Source: an uncultured Verrucomicrobiota bacterium (lineage in GTDB: Bacteria > Verrucomicrobiota > Verrucomicrobiia > Palsa-1439). Taken from it: DNA of 59,424 bases. The first letter of the stretch is position 1, and each line of letters starts with the position of its first letter. The notes under the pieces were generated by a model. The model did no database searches, had not been told where the DNA came from, and was given only the letters and a program-made list of their open reading frames with translations. Shown in pieces: positions 32,524-41,407 of the stretch. The stretch lies in contig CAZNOK010000002.1 of NCBI GenBank assembly GCA_964574605.1, positions 1 through 59,424 on the forward strand. Reading direction: 5' to 3'. The translations under genes were made by a program, and so were the position numbers.

Positions 32524-34130
32524 CCTGCACACTATTCGCTGCGATTGGACTGATGGCGCAGACACTGCTGTTTGTGGACGACCACGAGGTTCTCTACCGG
32601 TCGGGCACGAAGAGAATTGTCCATCAGTTGGAGAAGTTCAAAGGTAATCCGGTCCTCACGCCCGACAACCCGGAACGTCCGTGGGAAAAGACCCTCGGCT
32701 GGGTCAGCGTCTATCGCGATCCGCAGACGGGGAAAATGCAGATGTGGTATCAGGCGTATTCGGGGAAGGGAGCGGAGGACAAACGGTTCAAATGCGTCGT
32801 CGCCTACGCCGAGTCCGACAACGGCATCACTTGGGTCAAACCGAAGCTGAAGCTGTTCCCCTACGAAACGCGCGGCTTCAACGTCAAGGAAAGCAACATC
32901 GTCCTCATCGGCGCGCCGAATGGCTACGGCGACCGTTATGCGAACTCGGTCGTGGTCAGTCCCGATGAGACTGACCCCGCGAAGAAATACAAGATGGCCT
33001 ACTACGACTGGAATGGCGGCGAGGGCGAGGCGGGTGTGGCCGGCCTCTGCGTGGCTTTCTCTCCCGACGGCATTCATTGGTCGAAACAGAATGGTGTGCT
33101 GATGAAGACAGGCTTCGGCGCCAAGACCATGCCGCCGCCCTTTGAGGATGAGAGCGTTTATTTTCATCTCAAGAACCCCGATGGCCGCGAGTGGCGGCAA
33201 TGGCGTTATCCGATGTCGCTCAGCGACGCGGTGGACGCGCTCTGGGATGCGCGGCTCAAACGCTACGTCATCTACGGCAAGATGTGGATTGGCGGCCCCG
33301 ATGGCGGCATCAACTGGAAACATGGCATGGGCCGCAGCGAGAGCGCGGATTTCCTTCACTGGTCGAAGCCGCAACTGCTGGCCTGCACAGATGAACATGA
33401 TCGCGCAAACCTCGAATTCCACACCTCGCCGGTTTTTGTTCACGAGGGCGTCTATTTCTCACTCAACCAGCTCTTCACTCGCGAGAATGGCACGATAGAC
33501 ATCGAGTTGATGACCAGCCGCGACGGCTTGCGTTGGAGTCGCACACGACAGATCGTGCTCGCGCGCGGCGGCAAGAAGTTCTTCGATGCCAGCTTTCTGG
33601 TGACGAATGGCAATCCCATCATGATGGGTGATGAGATCTGGTTCTACTACGCCGGCAACCGCGGTCTCGTGCGCTTTCCCAATCCCGACGAGAAAGACAT
33701 GCCGAAACGGGCCACGGGATACGGCAGCGGCATCGGCTTGGCCAAGATCAAACGCGATCGTTTCGTCGGCATCGCGCCCGATCCTCGCGCCGCGCTGCGG
33801 AATTGGAACCCCAATGACCCGAACAGGAAACCCGAGCCGCGCGCCAACACCATCGGCCAGATCACCCTGAAACTCCGCGATTTCACCGGCATAAGGACCG
33901 TCATCCTCAATGCGGATGCTTCGAAAGGCGAAGCGCGTCTCGAAATGCTGAACGAGGACGGTTATCGCTTGCGTGGTTTCACCAAGGACGATGCCGTGCC
34001 GATGAAAACCGACGCCCTCGCGCATGAGGCACGCTGGAGGGAAAAACAAATCAATGATCTGCCGCCCGGCCGTTACATGCTTCGCGTGCATCTGCAGCAG
34101 GCCGAGCTTTTCGCCATCACACTGAAATGA
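32520..34130 (+). CDS. Putative glycoside hydrolase, paralog 2 of 30895..32523
   Basis: ATG 32520 overlaps the upstream stop (ATGA). MTCTLFAAIGLMAQTLLFVDDHEVLYRSGT... The long ORF-track extension from 32019 lies inside the previous gene and is rejected. Confidence 0.5.
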   Translation: MTCTLFAAIGLMAQTLLFVDDHEVLYRSGTKRIVHQLEKFKGNPVLTPDNPERPWEKTLGWVSVYRDPQTGKMQMWYQAYSGKGAEDKRFKCVVAYAESDNGITWVKPKLKLFPYETRGFNVKESNIVLIGAPNGYGDRYANSVVVSPDETDPAKKYKMAYYDWNGGEGEAGVAGLCVAFSPDGIHWSKQNGVLMKTGFGAKTMPPPFEDESVYFHLKNPDGREWRQWRYPMSLSDAVDALWDARLKRYVIYGKMWIGGPDGGINWKHGMGRSESADFLHWSKPQLLACTDEHDRANLEFHTSPVFVHEGVYFSLNQLFTRENGTIDIELMTSRDGLRWSRTRQIVLARGGKKFFDASFLVTNGNPIMMGDEIWFYYAGNRGLVRFPNPDEKDMPKRATGYGSGIGLAKIKRDRFVGIAPDPRAALRNWNPNDPNRKPEPRANTIGQITLKLRDFTGIRTVILNADASKGEARLEMLNEDGYRLRGFTKDDAVPMKTDALAHEARWREKQINDLPPGRYMLRVHLQQAELFAITLK

Positions 34131-36577
34131 CACTCAGCGCAATCATCCTGTTGCTCGCGGCTGCGCCGCTCACCGTCGAGATGACACTTCATCCGAAGAT
34201 TGGGAAGCTTGCCTTCCGCGCGCCGGGCCGCGTGTTGATGTTGCGGGACGGACGTTTTGCCTGCGCGTCGAATGGGAAGTTCATGCTCAGCTCGGATGAA
34301 GGCAAGAACTGGCAGCCACTCGCCGAGATTCCACCCGGCCCCGGCCCGAAGGCGCAGAGCGGCATGTTGGTCGAGGACAACAACGGCGCGTTGGCGCTCA
34401 TCTACTCCGACAGCGCCGGCTTCAAGCTGGAGCGCACGCTGGACAACATGCCTCTGCCGGGTGCGCGACTGCAAATCTGGTGCACTCGCAGCGCCGACGG
34501 CGGCAAGACTTGGACGAACCATCAACGGCTCATCGAAGGCTATTGCGGAGCGTTCATCGGCGCGATCTGCACGCGCGAGAGCCGGTTGGTGGTGCCACTT
34601 CAGGAACTTCGCTACAGCCCGCCGCGCCATGTGACGATCGTGTTCGTGTCGGACGATGGCGGCAAGACGTGGCGAAACAGCAAGGACCTCGACATCGGCG
34701 GCAACGGGATGGAAGACGGCGGCTTCGAGGCCACTGTGGCGGAGCGGCGCGATGGTTCGCTGCTAATGCTGTTGCGCACCACACGAGAAAGTCTTTGGAT
34801 GAGCGAAAGCCGCGACGGCGGCCTAACGTGGACCGAGCCGAAACCGACAAACATCAAGGCGTCGAACTCGCCTGCGTTCCTGTTGTCGCTGCACAGCGGA
34901 CGGCTGGCGCTTGTCTGGAATCCGCTGCACCCTGACGGCAAACCCGACTGGCCGCGCCGTTTGAAACCGCGTTATGCCGAGAAGCCGGACAGCGTGTACC
35001 GCGAAGAGATGCTTCTTGCCTTCTCCAACGACGCCGGCAGGACATGGACGCCGCCCACGGTCATCGCGAAACAACCCGGCGGCAGGCTCCGTTACGCCTA
35101 CATGTTCGAGCGCCGCACCGGTGAAATCTGGCTTGCGCTCCGCGGCCAATGGCTGCAAATCAACGAGAGGGACTTCATCACGCCAGTCCGTTCCCCGTCG
35201 CAAACCGCCGACGCAACTCGGGTTGGTGCGACCATGCTACCGACGGAGATGGAACCGGTTCAGACACCGTTCACAATGCCTCAACCGACGCGTCCTCTTT
35301 TCCCCAAGCGAACTGTCAATATCCGCGACCACGGCGCTGTCGGCGACGGCAAGACGTTGTGCACGACAGCGATTGCGCGGGCGATTGAGTCGTGCGCAAA
35401 GGCGGGCGGCGGTCGCGTTCTCGTGCCGGCAGGAACCTGGCTGACCGGCGCGATTCATCTCCGAAGCAACATCGAGTTGCATCTGGAAAAGGATGCCGTG
35501 TTGCTGTTCAGCACCGACCCGAAGGATTACCTGCCCGTGGTATTCACGCGATGGGCTGGGTTTGAGTGCTACAACTACTCGCCGCTGATTTATGCGCGCG
35601 ACTGCAAGAACATCGCCGTCACTGGAGCCGGCAAACTCGCCGGACAAGGCCAGCCGTGGTGGGATTGGGTCAAACGTCAGGACGAGATGGCTGCGATTCT
35701 CTTGGATTATGGCCGACGCGGGGTGCCCGTCGCACAACGCATCTTCGGAAGTCCTGACAAGCCGCTGCGGCCACAGTTTATCTCGCCCATCAATTGCCGC
35801 AACGTGCTGATCGAAGGCGTCTCGCTCGACGCCGGGCCTTTCTGGACCATCCAGTGCGTGTACTGCGAGAACGTGATCGTTCGTGGCGTGACTGTCGAGA
35901 ACGCCGGTCCGCCAAGAGGTCCCAACAATGACGGCATCAACCTCGACTCCTGCCGGAACGCGCTGGTCGAGTATTGCACCTTGGACACCGGCGACGACTG
36001 CATCTGCCTGAAGTCCGGACTGAATGAAGACGGCTGGCGCGTGGGACGCCCCACTGAAAACGTCGTCATCCGTTACTGTCTCACCAAGCGCGGCCACGGC
36101 GGCGCGGTGATTGGCAGTGACATGTCGGGCAACGTCCGCCACGTGTTGGTTCAGGATTGTGTTTATGATGGGACGCTGTACGGGGTGCGCCTGAAGAGTG
36201 CACGCGGCCGCGGAGGCGTAGTCGAGGACGTTTCCGTCCAACGGATCACAATGAGGAACATCCTAGGCTCGGCGATCTTCATCAACACATTCTACAAGGC
36301 GTGGGCCGTCACGAACGAAGGCAAACCGCCTCTGTTTTGCAATGTCCGCATCCAAGACGTCACCTGTGAAGGGGCGCGCGCCGCCGTGGAAATCACAGGG
36401 CTGCCCGAACAACCCATCGAGAACGTGACCTTGCAGCGCCTCTCGATTTCCGCCAAGACCGGCCTGAGCGCAACCGATGTCCACGGGCTGATCTTGTCGA
36501 ACGTGAACATCAAGGCGGCCAGCGGCCCGCCCTTCCAGATGACGAACTGCCACGATGTGGCGCAAGACCACAAATGA
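34127..36577 (+). CDS. Fusion of BNR/Asp-box sialidase-like beta-propeller and GH28 (polygalacturonase-family) beta-helix
   Basis: Four Asp-boxes (SADGGKTW, SDDGGKTW, SRDGGLTW, SNDAGRTW) in the N-terminal half. GH28 signature set in the C-terminal half (NNDGINLDS, GDDCICLKSG, RGHGGAVIGS, RLKSARGRGG). ATGA overlap upstream. Confidence 0.75.
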   Translation: MTLSAIILLLAAAPLTVEMTLHPKIGKLAFRAPGRVLMLRDGRFACASNGKFMLSSDEGKNWQPLAEIPPGPGPKAQSGMLVEDNNGALALIYSDSAGFKLERTLDNMPLPGARLQIWCTRSADGGKTWTNHQRLIEGYCGAFIGAICTRESRLVVPLQELRYSPPRHVTIVFVSDDGGKTWRNSKDLDIGGNGMEDGGFEATVAERRDGSLLMLLRTTRESLWMSESRDGGLTWTEPKPTNIKASNSPAFLLSLHSGRLALVWNPLHPDGKPDWPRRLKPRYAEKPDSVYREEMLLAFSNDAGRTWTPPTVIAKQPGGRLRYAYMFERRTGEIWLALRGQWLQINERDFITPVRSPSQTADATRVGATMLPTEMEPVQTPFTMPQPTRPLFPKRTVNIRDHGAVGDGKTLCTTAIARAIESCAKAGGGRVLVPAGTWLTGAIHLRSNIELHLEKDAVLLFSTDPKDYLPVVFTRWAGFECYNYSPLIYARDCKNIAVTGAGKLAGQGQPWWDWVKRQDEMAAILLDYGRRGVPVAQRIFGSPDKPLRPQFISPINCRNVLIEGVSLDAGPFWTIQCVYCENVIVRGVTVENAGPPRGPNNDGINLDSCRNALVEYCTLDTGDDCICLKSGLNEDGWRVGRPTENVVIRYCLTKRGHGGAVIGSDMSGNVRHVLVQDCVYDGTLYGVRLKSARGRGGVVEDVSVQRITMRNILGSAIFINTFYKAWAVTNEGKPPLFCNVRIQDVTCEGARAAVEITGLPEQPIENVTLQRLSISAKTGLSATDVHGLILSNVNIKAASGPPFQMTNCHDVAQDHK

Positions 36578-37641
36578 CTCCAAGCCAACATGACCACGAG
36601 ATGCTGCCGGTGGAGATCGTGCTGCACCCATCATGGTGGCACGCGCACGCCGGCATCACGTTCGACGAAGACTTCTTCTACCACCCCGCCAAGCGCGTCG
36701 AAAGCGAACGGCGCATGGAATCGGTGCTCTACGAACGATTCGGCCAACACGGTCTCGGCGCGGACCGGGAGCGCGATTTGCCGGTCATCGGCGCGGTTCA
36801 CAATGCCGCCGGTTACTTGCTCTCGGAAATGCTCGGCTGCGAAGTCCGCTACCGGGCCGATGCTCCGCCCGATATTGTCCCCGCGAACCGCGACCGGCTC
36901 GACGTGGATCCCGAAACGCCATTCCGCAGCACCGCGTTCAAGCGATTCGAGCGGCTCCGCGACGCGATGAAGACCCGTCACGGTTATCTGCTCGGCGACA
37001 TCAACTGGTCCGGCGTCCTCAACATCGCGCTCGATTTGCGCGGGCAGGAGTTGTTCCTCGACTTGGCCGACGCACCGGAGCAAGTCGCGACAGCCTTCCG
37101 TAACATCGCATCGGTCATCGAACGGTTTGCCAACGGCATCGAAGCCGAGACCGGCAGCAACTCGATCTCCGTCAACCGCACCGTGCGTCATTTCCGACGG
37201 CCGGTCTATCTACACTCGGAATGTTCCAACACGATGATCTCGACGCAGGACTACGAGCGTTTCGTGTTGCCGGTGGACGCGGCGTGGAGCGAACAACACC
37301 GTCCTTTCGGCATCCATCATTGCGGCAAAGACCCGCACCGTTTCGCTGCGAGTTACGCGAAAGTGCCGCATCTCGATTTCCTTGACGTGGGTTGGGGCGG
37401 CGACGTTGCGGAAGTTCGCAAACATCTGCCGAACACCTTCCTCAATCTCCGCCTCGATCCGGTCGGCATCACTCGCATGACGCCGGAGGAGATTCGCACG
37501 ACGATTATTCGCCTGGTCGGTCAATCCGCAAAACCGTGGCTGACCGGCGTTTGCTGCATCAACATGGACAACACCGTCACCGACGCGCAGGTCGCGGCGA
37601 TTTTCGACACCGTCGAAGAACTGAGACGACAATCATCATGA
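36574..37641 (+). CDS. Uroporphyrinogen-decarboxylase (URO-D/MtaA-like) family protein
   Basis: ATGA overlap upstream. URO-D-family style C-terminal half (FGIHHCGKDPHRF...LDFLDVGWGGDVAEVRKHLP...LRLDPVGITRMTPEEIRTTI). Confidence 0.55.
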   Translation: MTPSQHDHEMLPVEIVLHPSWWHAHAGITFDEDFFYHPAKRVESERRMESVLYERFGQHGLGADRERDLPVIGAVHNAAGYLLSEMLGCEVRYRADAPPDIVPANRDRLDVDPETPFRSTAFKRFERLRDAMKTRHGYLLGDINWSGVLNIALDLRGQELFLDLADAPEQVATAFRNIASVIERFANGIEAETGSNSISVNRTVRHFRRPVYLHSECSNTMISTQDYERFVLPVDAAWSEQHRPFGIHHCGKDPHRFAASYAKVPHLDFLDVGWGGDVAEVRKHLPNTFLNLRLDPVGITRMTPEEIRTTIIRLVGQSAKPWLTGVCCINMDNTVTDAQVAAIFDTVEELRRQSS

Positions 37642-39326
37642 AAACCATGCTTCTGATTCTCGCGTTGCTGCCCGCACTTCACGCCGACGAATGGAACCCG
37701 CGCGAGCGGTTCCTCAAGTCATTGGTGAAAGACGTGCCGGCGATTCTGAAGAGCCAACACCGCGAGACGGGTCGCTTCGGCACGGAGCCGTGGATTTGCG
37801 GGGATCAGAACGTCATGTTCCCGCTTGCGGCGGCATGGGCGGTCAAGGACAAGTCGAACCCCTACTACCACGACCCGGTCGTGCTGGAGGCGATCATGAA
37901 AGGCGGCGACGCGCTCATCGCCGATCAAGACAACAACGGCATGTGGACATTCCGCAAGAAGGACAACTCGACGTGGGGCCAGACGTTGATGCCGTGGACA
38001 TACAGCCGCTGGATTCGGACGTTCCAACTTATCAAAGACGCGATGCCTGCTGAGCGGCGGCAACATTGGGAGAAAGGTCTGTTGCTCGGCTTCAACAACA
38101 TCTCGAAGAAGTGTTTGAACCACATCCACAACATCCCGACGCACCACGCGATGGCGCTCTATTGCGCCGGCGAATGTTTTGACCGCGACGATTGGAAACA
38201 ACAGGCGCGTTCGTTCATGGCCAAGGTCGTTGCGAAACAATCGCCCGGCGGCTGGTGGTCCGAGAACAAAGGACCGGTGGTTCTCTACAATTTCGTCTAT
38301 GTCGAAGCGTTGGGCGTCTATTACGCGATGTCACGCGACACGAGCGTGCTGGAGGCGTTGCGGCGAGCAGCGGCGTTTCACGCCACGTTCACCTACCCCG
38401 ACGGCAGCATGGTTGAAACGGTGGACGAGCGTAACCCGTATCATCCGGGCGTCGAATATGCCAACGTGGGTTTCAGCTTTACACCGGAGGGCCGCGGCTA
38501 CCTGCGGCGCCAGTACGAGTTGAACCATTGGTCTGTCAGCGCCGACGAAGCGGCGAGTCACCCACTCTACGGCCAGTCAGGACCAACTGTAGCCGAGCGC
38601 GATGGAGTGATGACTGTTGTCGGCAACAACGAGGCGCTCGTGCTGCGCAAGAAACCGTGGTTCATCTGCTTATCGGCATTTGTCTGCGAGCCGCCCAACA
38701 GCCGTTGGCACCAGGATCGCCAGAACTTCGTCAGCATTTTCCACGACCGCGCCGGGCTGATCGTGGGCGGCGGCAACACCAAGCTCCAGCCGTTCTGGAG
38801 CAACTTCACCGTTGGCGACACGTCGTTGCTCCGGCACAAGCCCGGCGACGAAAATCCCAAGTTCAAACCAAAGGGTAATCTGCTTCACACACCATTTGCC
38901 GCGCGCCTTCGCGCCGACAAGGCCGCGCCGGGCCTCGATCTGACCTACGGCAACGAAGAATGCCGCATCACCGTGCGTCCGCTGGACGACAAGCGCCTGA
39001 CGCTTGTGTGCGAGGCAAGCGCGTCCGCCGAAGGTCACATCACGTTCCTGCCACACTTGAAAGCGGAACTGAGAACTGCTGCCGGGAAAACCGTGAAGTT
39101 GGGCGAACAACCCATCGAGTGGACGACCAACGACATTGGCGCATGGTTCACTTACCGCGGAATCCGCGTCAGTGTTCCCACCGGCGCGCGGCTCCTGTGG
39201 CCGAAGAAACCACACAACCCATACCGAAAAGATGGCCGCAGCACACTGGAGGAAGCCCGTCTGGTGCTTTGCCTGCCGTTCTCGACCAACGTCACAAAGC
39301 ACGAGGTTGCGCTGGAGTGCCAGTAA
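37638..39326 (+). CDS. Secreted hypothetical protein (alpha/alpha-toroid guess)
   Basis: ATG 37638 overlaps the upstream stop (ATGA). Signal peptide MKTMLLILALLPALHA. The ORF-track extension from 37392 is rejected. Confidence 0.5.
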   Translation: MKTMLLILALLPALHADEWNPRERFLKSLVKDVPAILKSQHRETGRFGTEPWICGDQNVMFPLAAAWAVKDKSNPYYHDPVVLEAIMKGGDALIADQDNNGMWTFRKKDNSTWGQTLMPWTYSRWIRTFQLIKDAMPAERRQHWEKGLLLGFNNISKKCLNHIHNIPTHHAMALYCAGECFDRDDWKQQARSFMAKVVAKQSPGGWWSENKGPVVLYNFVYVEALGVYYAMSRDTSVLEALRRAAAFHATFTYPDGSMVETVDERNPYHPGVEYANVGFSFTPEGRGYLRRQYELNHWSVSADEAASHPLYGQSGPTVAERDGVMTVVGNNEALVLRKKPWFICLSAFVCEPPNSRWHQDRQNFVSIFHDRAGLIVGGGNTKLQPFWSNFTVGDTSLLRHKPGDENPKFKPKGNLLHTPFAARLRADKAAPGLDLTYGNEECRITVRPLDDKRLTLVCEASASAEGHITFLPHLKAELRTAAGKTVKLGEQPIEWTTNDIGAWFTYRGIRVSVPTGARLLWPKKPHNPYRKDGRSTLEEARLVLCLPFSTNVTKHEVALECQ

Positions 39327-39328
39327 TC

Positions 39329-41407
39329 TCAGCGCCGTTTCTTTCTGTCTCCGCGCTCGCGTTGCTTCGTCGCTACCCACTGGTCGCCCTGCTTCACAAA
39401 CTCACCCTCCTTCGATATCTGTTTCACCGGCATTCCACGGTCAAACCACCAGTGGTCCCTCTCCACCGTCTGGTCAAAGCGAATCCATTCCGTGATGAAT
39501 CCAGCCGCATCGAACGGTTCGCGACTGAGCAGCTTGCCCTCGCGGTCGTGATACTCGCGTTGCGTGAGCTTGCCGTTCTCGAACGTGAGCCGCCGGATCG
39601 CTTTGCCTTCGGCGTTGAGGTCGTGCCGGCGAATGAGCGCGGAACCCTGATACCATTCGCGGTGAATGACGCCGTCATGGAGATGGATAATCTCGCGGAC
39701 TGATTTTCCCTCCAACCAACGTTCGCTCGTCCACGAAAAATCCTTCGGCGCGTCACCCAGCACTTGCAGTTTCATGGTCTTCTCGACCCGCAACGGCAGC
39801 GACGGGTCGCTCTCCAAGCCCGACCACTCGACCGCCACGGCACGATACTCGCCGAGCTGTAGCTCGACGTTCGCGCCCACCGTCAACGGTTTCTCCGTGA
39901 TCTTCCGGCCGTCGCGAAGAATGTGATAACCGGCCGTTTCATAGTGTTCTTCGCCAGGGATAAGTTGGGTCGCGCGCAGATATGGACGGTCGGGTTTGCG
40001 AATGACAGTGACATAGACATCGGTTTGCCGCTGGCGCAACAGCGCGGGGTAATCTTCCCCGATGGTCTTGCGCATCGCTGATTGCGCGCCGGGGATTTGC
40101 CGCCATTGCGCATCGGTCAGGCAACGCGCTTCAAAGGAAGTCACCGGCATACCGGGATGCGCCGGACTTCGCTGGGTGTTGTGCAGGCAACGGGTCAAAC
40201 CCTCAAAGGTCGTCGAAGTTCTCCGCCGGTAGCCCACAACCTCGCGACGGAGAACAAGTGAGCCGGTTTCGGGAAAACCCGTGGTGGATTTCACACGCAG
40301 CACATCGTCTTTCGAGGCGCTCTCGATATAGGTCAGCGGGCCGTCCTTGAGGTCGTAGTTGGAGACAAAACATATCTTCGTGCCATCGGGGCTGCCTTTG
40401 GGATCGGCGTCGTAAATACCGGAATCGTCCTGCACCGTCGCCGGGTAACAGATGATGGAAAGCGGCTCAATGAAATGCCAGCCGTCGCCGTGGCGCAGGT
40501 CGGCGACGTTGTGGTCGCCGCACACGTAACGACCGCTGCGTCCACACGGGCTGATGTCGCCGACGCCGATGGACGCGAGGATGTGGACGCTGCTGGGGAA
40601 CGGTTCGTTCCATCGCCGGCCGCGCACAAGACCGTTGCCGAGCAGGAGAAATTCGCCGTTGCCGATCCAACTCATGTGGCACTGTTGCAGCGTCGGCACA
40701 GCCATGCGCTTGTTGCGTCCATCGAGGTCGTAGAACCAGCGCGTCGCGCCAAACGGCTCGCTCTTGTGGTCTTGGCGCGTAAAGAATACAGGATGGCGCG
40801 GATTCGGGAGCAGTTGGCTGCCAACCACCTCGCGCAATTCCTCTACCTTGCCGTCCGGCAGCGCGATGCAGACAGTGACAAACTCCGGCGTTTGCCTGCG
40901 AAATCGTTTCGCACCGAGGATCCAACGGTCGTCGTGCGTGGTTTCGCCGAGCATCTCCACGCCGGCTGCGATGGTTTTCGTTGTGCCCGTGTCGAGATCG
41001 AGCCAGCGGACTTCGACCACCTGTTCACGCTTGCCTCTTCCGTCGCCGGTGATGCGCACATAGAACAGCCAGTTGCGAAGCTTGGCCCAGCGCGGATTGA
41101 AACCGCGTTCGAGAAGCCGGTCCTCGTTCTTGAGCAAATCGTAGAGATGAACCTCGTCCGCTGCGTCGCCGTATCGGCCATTGAGCAACCCGTAGCGCGT
41201 GTAGCAGAGATACCGCCCGTCGGGACTCCAACATTGCGTGTTGTGATAATTCGCCCAATGACGAATCGCCGGCTCGTTGGTGATGCGCCAGACGCCGAGG
41301 TTGTTGCCGTTGTTCGGCGTCTGAAAGACCTCGCGCGCGACCGAAACGCTCACGCTGTAAGAAAGACACAAAGCAATCCCGCAGAGCAAATATGAGATCG
41401 TTTTCAC
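39329..41407 (-). CDS. TolB-like (PD40) beta-propeller protein with C-terminal MORN-variant/YwqK-like repeats
   Basis: GTG 41407 overlaps the upstream stop (GTGA) and yields VKTISYLLCGIALCLSYSVSVSVA, which is signal-like. ATG 41485 would overlap the upstream gene by 82 nt. PD40-type CWSPDGRYLCY and GSPDGTKICFVSN. The tail has repeats (REWYQGSALIRRHDLNAEGKAIRRLTFENGKLTQREYHDREGKLL). Confidence 0.55.
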   Translation of the reverse strand: MKTISYLLCGIALCLSYSVSVSVAREVFQTPNNGNNLGVWRITNEPAIRHWANYHNTQCWSPDGRYLCYTRYGLLNGRYGDAADEVHLYDLLKNEDRLLERGFNPRWAKLRNWLFYVRITGDGRGKREQVVEVRWLDLDTGTTKTIAAGVEMLGETTHDDRWILGAKRFRRQTPEFVTVCIALPDGKVEELREVVGSQLLPNPRHPVFFTRQDHKSEPFGATRWFYDLDGRNKRMAVPTLQQCHMSWIGNGEFLLLGNGLVRGRRWNEPFPSSVHILASIGVGDISPCGRSGRYVCGDHNVADLRHGDGWHFIEPLSIICYPATVQDDSGIYDADPKGSPDGTKICFVSNYDLKDGPLTYIESASKDDVLRVKSTTGFPETGSLVLRREVVGYRRRTSTTFEGLTRCLHNTQRSPAHPGMPVTSFEARCLTDAQWRQIPGAQSAMRKTIGEDYPALLRQRQTDVYVTVIRKPDRPYLRATQLIPGEEHYETAGYHILRDGRKITEKPLTVGANVELQLGEYRAVAVEWSGLESDPSLPLRVEKTMKLQVLGDAPKDFSWTSERWLEGKSVREIIHLHDGVIHREWYQGSALIRRHDLNAEGKAIRRLTFENGKLTQREYHDREGKLLSREPFDAAGFITEWIRFDQTVERDHWWFDRGMPVKQISKEGEFVKQGDQWVATKQRERGDRKKRR

